A DNA stretch of 60,068 nt from a virus (Duplodnaviria > Caudoviricetes). The notes beneath the pieces are model-generated. The model made no database searches and was not told the origin of the DNA. It saw only the letters and a program-made list of their open reading frames with translations. Numbering within the stretch: the first letter of the stretch is position 1; each line of letters starts with the position of its first letter. Position numbers and translations under genes: made by a program. The stretch is from the IMG/VR virus record IMGVR_UViG_3300009509_000023, positions 1 to 60,068 of that record; one strand, 5' to 3'. Below, one piece after another: positions 36,672-45,620 of the stretch.

Positions 36672-37142
36672 ATGGAGAACATGGACCTCATGAAGATCGG
36701 TGAGGCGGTCAAAGGCGGACTGTCGATTGTGTGCGCGACATGCAGGAAGTACTGGGAGGGACGGAATCGAGAATTACCCGACCCGAAGTGTACCGCGGCT
36801 CGGCCATGTGGTTCGCCCTTTGCCAATATGATATTTCCGGAATACGAGGGCCCTATCAAGGACTTCACTCGGTGGTGCTTCGTGTGTGGGAATAAGCCAA
36901 AATACGGGATAAAAGTGCGAGACGAGCGTCGCATTTTGGCTCTGTGTGAGAGACACATCTACATGCTCGGCGAGACGACGCCCGTGAACTTGAAGATCAA
37001 TGGAAGCGTTGTCGATGTCCACGATAAAGCGTGGCTGACGCAGAAGCAGTTCTTTGGCCCTCCTGTGAAAACTCTTGGACAGGCTATCGCAGAGACAGAG
37101 GCCGAGTTCGCGGCTGAAGAAGAGGCCAAGGACCGCCGGTGA
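36672..37142 (+). CDS. Cys-rich hypothetical protein
   Basis: CATC, C..C, CFVC, CERH; probable Zn binding. Confidence 0.65.
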   Translation: MENMDLMKIGEAVKGGLSIVCATCRKYWEGRNRELPDPKCTAARPCGSPFANMIFPEYEGPIKDFTRWCFVCGNKPKYGIKVRDERRILALCERHIYMLGETTPVNLKINGSVVDVHDKAWLTQKQFFGPPVKTLGQAIAETEAEFAAEEEAKDRR

Positions 37143-37963
37143 AGATCGTTTTCGATAAGAGAGAATTCGACCGGGCCTATTCTCTAGTTCAACAGTGGAA
37201 AGATCGGGCCCGCGCCGTTCGGAAGCAATTTCTCTACCTGGCTGTCGACAAAATATACGACGATTTGCTCGGGTTCATTCCCTCGGAGCGAAAAACACTC
37301 CGACAATCGCTTCAGATGCAGAAAGTGCGAGGACTTCCAGATTCAGAAGACGCCTATGTGATTCATTCCAGGCCTCGGTCGAGGGAGGTGTCGAAAGAAA
37401 ACTCAAACACAACCGTGATATATGTGTCCTCTAAACCTAATCTGATGCAGAAGGTCCCCGACGCGGTGAAAATTCTGGAGGAGTTCAGCCCATGGACTTT
37501 TGATACGCTGCCTTATGTTCCCGATCCAAAGACATCCGAGGTGATGTCGAGAAAGGTGAGCCCAAGAGAGGTAAATCGGGTTAGAAGGCTTCGTCAGCGC
37601 GACAAACCAGCGTGGCGCAGACAGTTGAAAGAGGCGGGGGTGAGGGAAGTCACGCGGATATTTCAGCCGAGACCGAAAGGGCTGGAGACAGTCCCAGATA
37701 CGGCCTTCGAGTCTCTTCGGCTAGAGTTCGGGCTGGGAGGAGCCCCGTCTAAGCCTCACTGGAGGAGAGCGATCTTGAAGTTGGCTCTACGTGGAGGAGC
37801 TGGTATGATCGCCAGAAAACGGGAGTTTGAGAGAGCGATGACCGACCCCTCATACTTGGTTTGGAAAAGATGGCCCACCAAGACGGAGGGATACGCCACG
37901 GTGGCTGAAGCGAAAAAGTACATCCCATTTCAGAAGCGACTCGGGCTCAAGGTGGGGAAATGA
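37139..37963 (+). CDS. Basic hypothetical neck-region protein
   Basis: GTGA overlap; LEFG...KPHWRRA resembles the end motif of neck-1-type proteins. Confidence 0.55.
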   Translation: MKIVFDKREFDRAYSLVQQWKDRARAVRKQFLYLAVDKIYDDLLGFIPSERKTLRQSLQMQKVRGLPDSEDAYVIHSRPRSREVSKENSNTTVIYVSSKPNLMQKVPDAVKILEEFSPWTFDTLPYVPDPKTSEVMSRKVSPREVNRVRRLRQRDKPAWRRQLKEAGVREVTRIFQPRPKGLETVPDTAFESLRLEFGLGGAPSKPHWRRAILKLALRGGAGMIARKREFERAMTDPSYLVWKRWPTKTEGYATVAEAKKYIPFQKRLGLKVGK

Positions 37964-38253
37964 TCAAGAAGAAGCTGCAAGAACAGGCTGAGCGAAGAAA
38001 AGCAGAGATCGTTCAGCACGCGTTCGATAGCTATCTTGATTTTGTAGTTGAACGGCTGATCGAAAAAGGTCTCGATTCCAATATGGCTATCGAGTCCATT
38101 TTTTGTACGGTAGAGCATCTTGGGGGGAGCGGAGTTCTTCCCCCGTTTCCCGAAGGGGATGTGAGCTATCGAGAGATGGGTGAATGGCTCGTGGCCGCGG
38201 ATGACTTCAAGTTTGTAGATTTCATGGTTGAGGCTGTGACCGATGACGCATGA
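37960..38253 (+). CDS. Small hypothetical protein
   Basis: Overlaps both neighbours; 97 aa. Confidence 0.6.
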   Translation: MIKKKLQEQAERRKAEIVQHAFDSYLDFVVERLIEKGLDSNMAIESIFCTVEHLGGSGVLPPFPEGDVSYREMGEWLVAADDFKFVDFMVEAVTDDA

Positions 38254-39064
38254 CCCACAAATACCGCTAGGCGACTTAGAGTCTCGCGCGGCAGGGACTG
38301 CGCCTTCCGGGATTGTCGGTCTTCGGAATTTCGACGCCGGGGTGGTGGAGAGTCTTGGAGCTGAAGTTCACGACGTGGACACCGGGAAAGGCCTACACAG
38401 CAACTACTACATCGAGACTGCTCTTCTCCCGGTAGAGCCTGCTCCAGGACTTCCAGGTGTTCCCGTCACATTCACACACCCCGAAGATGTCTATCTGCGA
38501 TTCCGGAAGCCGGTCATCGTCATTCGACGCGATGACATTTCTCCGGCGATGAACCGATGGCACCCTGGACAAAAATCGTGGCGGGCTCCGGCGCAAAACG
38601 CTAATCCAGTCGCTGTAACCTTTGACGCGGGGACGCGAGCAGAGACAACCGTGACTGGCTACGATCGATACGAGACGAAGGACATGGGGGTGCCCTTCGA
38701 TATCAGTTATACCGTCATGATCTACGCTCGATATCGAGGAAAAGGGCCGATGCCCCCAAAAGGGGTGCCCACGGGATTCGATGGTGCTGCGGGATCGCCG
38801 AGGACCCAAGTCAATAGCATTCTCGACTATGTTCTAAGAAAGTTTGCTCCCTACTGCCAGATCGTGGTAGAGGATAGTCTTGGGGATAAAAGGAAGTACT
38901 CGGCTTTTATGGAAGCGATTTCTCATCTCGATGAGGTTCCCGAAGTCACTGAGCGTGTGCTAGGATTTGCCGTAACGCTGAGAGTGGAAGGGGAACTCGA
39001 TCTCTCTGATCCTGTTGTACGGCGAGCGGCTACGGCATTGACGACTAGGTTTGAAGTGCTGTAG
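38243..39064 (+). CDS. Probable tail terminator/sheath stabiliser (gp15-like)
   Basis: PVIVIRRD, VPFDISYTVMIYAR, TLRVEG; position before the sheath gene. Confidence 0.6.
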   Translation: MTHDPQIPLGDLESRAAGTAPSGIVGLRNFDAGVVESLGAEVHDVDTGKGLHSNYYIETALLPVEPAPGLPGVPVTFTHPEDVYLRFRKPVIVIRRDDISPAMNRWHPGQKSWRAPAQNANPVAVTFDAGTRAETTVTGYDRYETKDMGVPFDISYTVMIYARYRGKGPMPPKGVPTGFDGAAGSPRTQVNSILDYVLRKFAPYCQIVVEDSLGDKRKYSAFMEAISHLDEVPEVTERVLGFAVTLRVEGELDLSDPVVRRAATALTTRFEVL

Positions 39065-39079
39065 GAAGGTATAGGGACT

Positions 39080-39424
39080 ATGGGACGATACTTCAATAAA
39101 ACTCGAGGCCCTGTCACCGTCTCTCTGAAAAACGGGGAGTCGGCGATGGTTGGCCCGAAAAAAGTGCTGGATGTTGGTCCGGATCGAGACGGTTCGGCCA
39201 GCATTCACGCGATGGTTCGACGCGGTGTTTTGATTCCACTCAAAGACGATCCGATTCCACAGGGAGAGAAGGTGGAAGAGGAAGAGGCTCCTCTTGGGGA
39301 AGAAGAGGAACTTCCTTCTATGGAGTGGACCAAAAAACAGCTGGTCGCGCGCGCGGAGTCGATGGGTTTGGAATTGCCCTCAAGCGCGACAAAGGCGGAA
39401 ATTCTGAAGGCGATCGAGGACTGA
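39080..39424 (+). CDS. Small protein with C-terminal HeH/Rho-N-like domain
   Basis: MEWTKKQLVARAESMGLELPSSATKAEILKAIED; paralogous to 34801-35157. Confidence 0.65.
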   Translation: MGRYFNKTRGPVTVSLKNGESAMVGPKKVLDVGPDRDGSASIHAMVRRGVLIPLKDDPIPQGEKVEEEEAPLGEEEELPSMEWTKKQLVARAESMGLELPSSATKAEILKAIED

Positions 39425-39487
39425 GGTCGCAGATTTACTAGACGGGCGGGCCTTTGATGAGTCTGCCACTGATTTCGGAGGCAACCG

Positions 39488-42025
39488 ATGGCTGAGATTT
39501 TATCTCCCGGCATATTCATCGAAGAGGTGCCGAGCGCGGTACAGGTGGTTCAGCCTGTTTCCACATCGAACATGGGGATCATCGGCGCGACTCAGAGGGG
39601 CCCGACGGACGAGGCGACTCTGGTCACGTCTTTCGCCCAGTTCACCCGCATTTTTGGTGAGCTGATCGCGGACTCGTGGACCGGCCTCTCCATGGCCGCG
39701 TATTTCGCGAACGGTGGAAGGCGGGCCTACGTGGTTCGCGTCATGCCGGGCGACGCCTCAGAGGCGGACGGCAGAGTCACAAGCGCGCGATACGACTTCA
39801 CGTGCTTCACCGGAAACGCAGTCAAGGTCACCATCACGGACACAGACGCGTCCGGCGTCGTGTTGGCGGATTTCCCCGTGTATGCCCTGTCGGGTACGGC
39901 TGGAGTGACGTGGAGATGGCGCGCTGACGACACGCCCGTGACGACTGAAAACTTGTATGAGAGAGACGGCGTGACCGCTCTCGTCCAGGACACTGTCGGT
40001 CACGTGAATCACCACTACGAGGGCCGAGTCATCACGTCGATGCCGAGCGATGGCGTGGATTCAGCGCTTCCGAGCATCATGCCCGGAGGCACGATCACGC
40101 TGAACTGGGATCCGACCGGCAGTTCTCCACTCACGATGACGCTGACTCAGGTCGGGACGACTCTTCGAGCTGCCGGAACGACTGTGCAGAATTCGGAAGC
40201 GGTGCTCGATCTCGTGACGGGGTATCTGTCCATCACGTTTGCCGGAACCGATGTTCCTGTGGTCGGCGGCGATGGAACCAACATCACGCTCGACTACACA
40301 CCGGGAACGGACGTGTACTCGGTGTCGGACGATGGAACAGGGGCCATTCCCGCGGATGGAACGATTCTGGCGGGTGCTGGAACCGTCACCTACGCGACGG
40401 GCGCGTATTCGTTCACGGTCAACGCCGGGTACGAGCCGGGAACAGACTGCCCTGTCGTGGTCGACTACGATGTGCAGGCGTGGGACCTCGATCCAATCTC
40501 CGTCGGAACGTGGGCGAATAACATGAAGCTGGAGGTCATCGGAAACGACGACTACTACACGGTGGCTACGGACACCTATTCCCGCTTCAATGTCAATGTT
40601 CGACTACTCAACTCTTCGACGAGCCTCTACGACATCATCGAGACCTACGAGGAGATTACCTTCACTGACTCAACGTCGGCGCAGTACTTCCCGGATGTTC
40701 TCAACGACCTGTCGGACTTGGTCAACGTCGTAGAGCCGGCGCTCAACGAGGAAGGACCGCAACACCTCAATGGGCGAGCGCGAAGCCTCGTTATGGCTGG
40801 TGGAGATGAGCTGGCCTCGAATCGTCAAATCACGACCACCCTTCTCGACCTTCCGATCTCTCCGAGGTCTTTCAGCATCTCGTGGACAGATGACACGGGA
40901 ACAGCGAGAAGCATCACAGACGACGGCGCCGGCAATCTCATCGGCGACGTTGACGGTGCTGGCAACAACACCCTCAGCTACACCACGGGCGCTCTCGATG
41001 TGTTGCTGTCGAACGCCATCGGGCAGGACCAGCTCGTCACGGCCGACTACCGTAGCGTTTCCGAGGAGGACAACCACCTCGACATCTTTGCCAACGGCAC
41101 TGACGGCACGTTCGATGCTACCAACTACGGTCGGAACCAGTTCACGGCGATTACCCTCGAGCCGAACTTCCAAGGCCTATACGCCTTGAACAAGATCGAG
41201 GAGCTGATGCAAGTCGTCATTCCGGACTTCGCTGGAGACATCCAGATCACGAAGGACTTGATGGACTACGTGGACAGTCGAGAGGTACTGCCTTCGGGCG
41301 GCGATCGTTTCGCCATCCTCATGACTCCGCAGGGTTCGACGGCGCAAGAAGCGGTGGACTTCCTTCGACTCGACGTTCTTCAAAACACGAAGTTTGCGGC
41401 GATGTACTGGCCGTGGGTGAAGGTCGCGAACCCGCTGGCCGACAACAGACCGATCGTGTTCCCTCCGTTGGGGCACATCGCTGGCATCTACGCGCGCACG
41501 GACTCCACGAGGAACGTGGGCAAGGTTCCGGCGGGCACCGTTGACGGCGCGCTTCGTTTCCTGGTTGGATTGGAGTTCGACGCAATCAGCCAGGGAGAGC
41601 GCGATATCGTCTATCCGGCGAGGATCAACCCCCTCGTGTCGGGGACGCAGACCGGCCTCGCTGTCTGGGGTGCGCGAACAACCTCTCTTCAGAGCGAGTG
41701 GCGCTACATCAACGCGCGCCGTTTGTTCATGTTCGTCGAGAAGAGCGTTTACAACTCGACACACTGGATCGCCTTCGAGAACAACGGGGCGGACTTGTGG
41801 GCGAGGATCAAGGCCCAGCTGCAGGGCTTCTTGACGAACCTCTTCAACGACGGGCTGTTTGCGGGAACGACTCCGGCGCAAGCTTTCTTCGTGACCGTGG
41901 ACGAATCGAACAACGACCAGGCGTCGGTCGACGCCGGCCAGGTCATCATCGACGTGGGCATTGCACCGAACAAGCCGGCCGAGTTCGTGAGATTCAGGTT
42001 CCAGCAGAAGACGCTGGATTCCTAG
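39488..42025 (+). CDS. Contractile tail sheath protein
   Basis: LSPGIFIEE, YFANGG, AAMYWPW, PPLGHIAG, VWGART, WRYINARR, FENN, IAPNKPAEFV. Confidence 0.95.
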   Translation: MAEILSPGIFIEEVPSAVQVVQPVSTSNMGIIGATQRGPTDEATLVTSFAQFTRIFGELIADSWTGLSMAAYFANGGRRAYVVRVMPGDASEADGRVTSARYDFTCFTGNAVKVTITDTDASGVVLADFPVYALSGTAGVTWRWRADDTPVTTENLYERDGVTALVQDTVGHVNHHYEGRVITSMPSDGVDSALPSIMPGGTITLNWDPTGSSPLTMTLTQVGTTLRAAGTTVQNSEAVLDLVTGYLSITFAGTDVPVVGGDGTNITLDYTPGTDVYSVSDDGTGAIPADGTILAGAGTVTYATGAYSFTVNAGYEPGTDCPVVVDYDVQAWDLDPISVGTWANNMKLEVIGNDDYYTVATDTYSRFNVNVRLLNSSTSLYDIIETYEEITFTDSTSAQYFPDVLNDLSDLVNVVEPALNEEGPQHLNGRARSLVMAGGDELASNRQITTTLLDLPISPRSFSISWTDDTGTARSITDDGAGNLIGDVDGAGNNTLSYTTGALDVLLSNAIGQDQLVTADYRSVSEEDNHLDIFANGTDGTFDATNYGRNQFTAITLEPNFQGLYALNKIEELMQVVIPDFAGDIQITKDLMDYVDSREVLPSGGDRFAILMTPQGSTAQEAVDFLRLDVLQNTKFAAMYWPWVKVANPLADNRPIVFPPLGHIAGIYARTDSTRNVGKVPAGTVDGALRFLVGLEFDAISQGERDIVYPARINPLVSGTQTGLAVWGARTTSLQSEWRYINARRLFMFVEKSVYNSTHWIAFENNGADLWARIKAQLQGFLTNLFNDGLFAGTTPAQAFFVTVDESNNDQASVDAGQVIIDVGIAPNKPAEFVRFRFQQKTLDS

Positions 42026-42087
42026 GAAGTAGAAAACACTCGATTCCTAATGGGTCGGGATAGCGAGTAGCAGTACAGGAGGCAACT

Positions 42088-42435
42088 ATGTTGGTAACGT
42101 TCACAAACGCATCGTCGGATGACGTTTTCGTCAGCCTGCTCTACAAGAACTTGGCACCCGGTGGCGCGGTTACCGTGTCCAAGTCTCGGTCCGAGCTGGA
42201 CCAGGAGCAGGAGCTGAAGAAGCTCGTTCAGGCGGGAACCGTCGTCCTTTCGTTCGCCACTGAGGACGGCGATAACGCGCAGCTCGGCACCGAGCCGTGG
42301 CCCGCGTTCACGGACTTGACACGGCCCTTGGCCACAGCGTGGCCGGTTTTCGGAGCGATCTGGAACACTGACGACAACGCGCTCAACTGGACCGATGGGA
42401 CGAACTGGCGCGATGCAACAGGGGCTATCACCTGA
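42088..42435 (+). CDS. Probable virion structural protein
   Basis: Strong RBS; between sheath and tube; C-terminal WTDGTNWRDATG. Confidence 0.6.
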   Translation: MLVTFTNASSDDVFVSLLYKNLAPGGAVTVSKSRSELDQEQELKKLVQAGTVVLSFATEDGDNAQLGTEPWPAFTDLTRPLATAWPVFGAIWNTDDNALNWTDGTNWRDATGAIT

Positions 42436-42500
42436 TAGATCGGCAAACTCGCTAGACCGATCCAATGGTGATGTTGTACTTTTGAGGTAGGAGGCTGTAA

Positions 42501-43052
42501 ATGGCACGGCCAGTAGCAGAAGACTTTCTTCACTCAATGCGGTTCCACGTGCAAGTCATCGACGGGACATCCCCGTCAGGTGAGCGTTTGGGGCCTCCAG
42601 AGGCTGGATTCTCGATGTGCTCGGTTCCAGAAGCCACGGTTGAGGCCGTGGAGTACAAAGAGGGAACCTACATCTACACCCGGAAGCAACCGGGAAACAC
42701 CACCTTCTCCGACATTTCGATGTCTCGTGGGGTGGCGATCACGGATACGGCTTTCTGGATGTGGATCAAGACGGTCATCGAGGGTTCTGGGGAGTATCGC
42801 GAGGATATTCGCATCAAGCACTATCATCGCGAAGAAGCGCTCGTGGGAAGCGGTGATGTCGGAAAGAACTTGACGGCGATTCCGACGGGCGGGGAGACGA
42901 AAGCGGCGAGGGTATACGAGGTCTTCAACGCGTTTCCGGCTCGCCATAAGGTGGCTGGCGACCTCGATGCGACGGCGTCTGAAATCTCCATCATGGAGCT
43001 GGACCTGTCTTACGAGTACTTCAACCTGATAATCAACGCCTCTACTGCCTAG
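42501..43052 (+). CDS. Tail tube protein (gp19-like)
   Basis: AGFSMCS.PE, VEYKEG, KQPG, ISMSRG, NAFP, DLDA, ELDLSYE. Confidence 0.9.
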   Translation: MARPVAEDFLHSMRFHVQVIDGTSPSGERLGPPEAGFSMCSVPEATVEAVEYKEGTYIYTRKQPGNTTFSDISMSRGVAITDTAFWMWIKTVIEGSGEYREDIRIKHYHREEALVGSGDVGKNLTAIPTGGETKAARVYEVFNAFPARHKVAGDLDATASEISIMELDLSYEYFNLIINASTA

Positions 43053-43073
43053 AGGCGTGGTTGATTATGGAGA

Positions 43074-43104
43074 GGGCCGCATGCCTGCGGTGTGCGGCCT
43101 TTTT
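43074..43104 (+). terminator. Rho-independent terminator
   Basis: GGGCCGCATGC-CTGCG-GTGTGCGGCCT followed by TTTT. Confidence 0.75.
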
Positions 43105-43136
43105 CACGATGAGCGTTACCTAAGAGTTGGTGTAAG

Positions 43137-43163
43137 ATGACTCGATCGGCGATTACGGACTAC
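43137..43163 (+). pseudogene. Orphaned original 5' end (MTRSAITDY) of the second tube gene
   Basis: ATG ACT CGA TCG GCG ATT ACG GAC TAC encodes the same nine residues as 44009-44035. Confidence 0.8.
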
Positions 43164-43195
43164 GCCTCGAACAAAATTTGCAGTAGACTCGTGGT

Positions 43196-44008
43196 ATGCC
43201 GTTTCAAAAAGGTAATGTCCCGAAGAACAGAATTGACATACCTATCGAGGAGCGAGAGTTGATTTCGAGTCTATACAGTCAAGGGTATAAGATTCGAGAC
43301 CTGTCTACTCGAACAGGCTTGTCTGTGACGTGGTTGTCCGATCATCTGCGAGCGTGGGGTGTGCAAAGAGACCCTGACGCTGTTCGTAGACGACGAAATC
43401 GTGCTGGGAGTTCGGTAGGGGCGGATACCTCTTTTCTGAAATCTTGGACTCCAGAGAGTGCGTGGGTTTGGGGTTTATGGTTTGGAGATGGGTGGGTTCA
43501 GCGCTATCGAGTATCGATGGCAGCGAGCGAAGAAGTCGCTCGGAAGGTGCAGAGGATTTCGGGAGCATCGAGCGCTTTGAATCCTGGGAATGGATGCGTG
43601 CACTTCGATCTTGGTGGAACGGACGCTGTTCTTCTTGTGGAGGATATGTTTGGTTTGCGTCCGGGTCCTAAGTCAGAAGTTTTATCATGGCCTGACGTAC
43701 CCTCGAATGTAGAGTCTCATTTTCTTCGGGGGCTATGGGACTCGGATGGGTCGTTTTACGTGCAGCTTTCAAAAGGTCGCCCTTATCTTGGAACGACGTT
43801 CTGCTCCAAGTCGGCTGCGCTTGTACTAGGAGTCCAGGATGCCGTGAAGAGGCTCGGCGAACAAAGCAGACCGGTTGAACGGAATCGAGGACTGTATCTC
43901 ATACGATGGAACGGTAGGTACGCGAAGAACCTGGGGGCGCTTCTTTATGCTGATAGTGAGGACCCAATGCGTTGCTCTCGGAAGCATGCTATTTGGGAGG
44001 AGGCGTAA
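43196..44008 (+). mobile_element. Free-standing LAGLIDADG homing endonuclease with N-terminal HTH
   Basis: AWVWGLWFGDG and HFLRGLWDSDGS motifs; no Hint domain; flanked by duplicated gene starts. Confidence 0.85.
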
Positions 44009-44791
44009 TTGACAAGGTCTGCGATCACGGATTACCTCCAGAACTATCCGTTTTGGTTGATGGACATCGCTCCAATTGAGCCTCTAGCTCAGCCGCTCTT
44101 CACACCGCTTCTCGGATTTTCCTCCATATCGGCGCCGGAGCTGACGATCGAGATCACGGACATCACAGAAGCAAACTGGTTTTTCAAGCGTAAGGTGGTT
44201 CGTGGCGGCGACGTGAGCAACATGACGTTTGTCAGAGCTTCGAAGTGGTACGACAGCGACTTTTACCGCTGGGCTTTGTCCGCGCTGATGGGGAACACAG
44301 GAGGGCACGGAGGCTCCCGCTCGATGGCTCTTGGAGGAGCTACGCCGAGACGCGACCTTCTTCTCATTCACTTCTTGTCTCGGAGCCCCCTTCCACCGAT
44401 AGGGACTAACGTGGCAGCGATCTCCGGAACACTGGCCATTCAAGGGACCGCTACAGGCCTCGTAGGGGGCGTGTCGAGTCTGGCTAGTCGAGGCTACCTA
44501 GAACACGCTACCGCGATCACAGGGGCCGGTGCGGCGGCAGCAACAGGCGCGCATATGGGGCCCTTCGAGTTCATCCCCAGACTGCCTGCGAAGGCTTGGG
44601 TTCTCTACGGCTGCATTCCGACGCGATACAAGACTGGAGGAGATTTCGACGCCACGGACGCTTCCATATCGCTACAAGAGTTGGAAGTGGCTCTCGAGGG
44701 GTGGGACGAGCTGACGCTGGGGAGCGATGCTGCGCCACAAGCCCTAGGGTTTGCCATTGCGGACGCGGCCCGAACTGGAACTACGAGGTAA
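44009..44791 (+). CDS. Second tail tube-like protein (gp19 paralog, possible tube initiator)
   Basis: GFSSISAPE, CIPTRYK..DFDA..ISLQELE; TTG start with RBS GGAGGAGG. Confidence 0.8.
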   Translation: MTRSAITDYLQNYPFWLMDIAPIEPLAQPLFTPLLGFSSISAPELTIEITDITEANWFFKRKVVRGGDVSNMTFVRASKWYDSDFYRWALSALMGNTGGHGGSRSMALGGATPRRDLLLIHFLSRSPLPPIGTNVAAISGTLAIQGTATGLVGGVSSLASRGYLEHATAITGAGAAAATGAHMGPFEFIPRLPAKAWVLYGCIPTRYKTGGDFDATDASISLQELEVALEGWDELTLGSDAAPQALGFAIADAARTGTTR

Positions 44792-44794
44792 GCC

Positions 44795-44971
44795 ATGAGC
44801 AGCGACTGGGAGACGCTCGATACTGAGAAGGTGATTCGCCGAAACCGCGAGCAGCACGAGCAGACAACCTCTGGTGGGGTCGGCGGGTATGAAGTTCCGC
44901 TCGGACAGCCATTGCGTCCGCCGATTCCTCCACGCAAGCCCGTAGACAAGAAACCCAAGAAGAAGAAGTGA
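44795..44971 (+). CDS. 58-aa protein with Pro/Lys-rich tail (below the ORF-track cutoff)
   Basis: RBS GAGGT; MSSDWETL...TTSGGVGGYEVPLG...KKPKKKK. Confidence 0.55.
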   Translation: MSSDWETLDTEKVIRRNREQHEQTTSGGVGGYEVPLGQPLRPPIPPRKPVDKKPKKKK

Positions 44972-45056
44972 AGTATTAGAGGCCGCTTTCCGCGGAGACG
45001 GATCAGAGCGATTGGCTTTACATCAAATATGCAGTAAAAGATCATGAGGAGCGAAC

Positions 45057-45620
45057 ATGGACGAAGTTCTGAAGTCAACCCCGAAGGACAGGCAGGAAAC
45101 ATGGGCCACGCGGGTGTGGGAGGCGTGCGGAGGAAGATGTTCAAACTGCGGGTCAACAGAACGGCTCGAGGTGCGGATGATCGTTCCGAAGGAATCGGGA
45201 GGTCAGGAGGTGGTCAGCAACGGCACGCTCCTGTGTAGAACGTGCGAATTGGCTCGGGAGCTGAGCCACAAGCCGGCGGTCTCTGGTGAGAGGACGCGGC
45301 CCATCAACTTTTTCGTCAGCAAAACCCTCCACGAGAAGCTGAAAAATGGGCTCGCGTCGGACTACGGGTTCAAGAGCGTGTCGGCGCTCGTGCGTTTTTT
45401 GATGACGAAGTTTGTCACTCACCCGAGCAGGTTCGACGATCTCGCGATGTACCAGGAAAGCGGATCGGACGTGAAGGTCAACGTTTGGGTCGACCGAGAG
45501 ATGTATGATCGCTTCAAGGCGATCACCGATCGGGACGGCGTGACTGTGACGGATACGCTGAAAGGGCTCATACGCATGTACGAGTCAGAGGCGAAGAGGA
45601 TTGTAGGAAGGACGAGATAA
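45057..45620 (+). CDS. Degenerate HNH Zn-finger fused to two ribbon-helix-helix domains; probable regulator
   Basis: CSNC..LEVRMIVP..GG..N..LC..C lacks the His residues; INFFVS..LHEKLK..SVSALVR and VNVWVD..YDRFK..TVTDTLK. Confidence 0.7.
   Translation: MDEVLKSTPKDRQETWATRVWEACGGRCSNCGSTERLEVRMIVPKESGGQEVVSNGTLLCRTCELARELSHKPAVSGERTRPINFFVSKTLHEKLKNGLASDYGFKSVSALVRFLMTKFVTHPSRFDDLAMYQESGSDVKVNVWVDREMYDRFKAITDRDGVTVTDTLKGLIRMYESEAKRIVGRTR

Noticed and set aside
43137-44035. Group I intron or intein explanation for the LAGLIDADG gene
   Set aside because: No space for a ribozyme core, no Hint motifs, the endonuclease is out of frame with the upstream start, and the gene start is duplicated rather than split.
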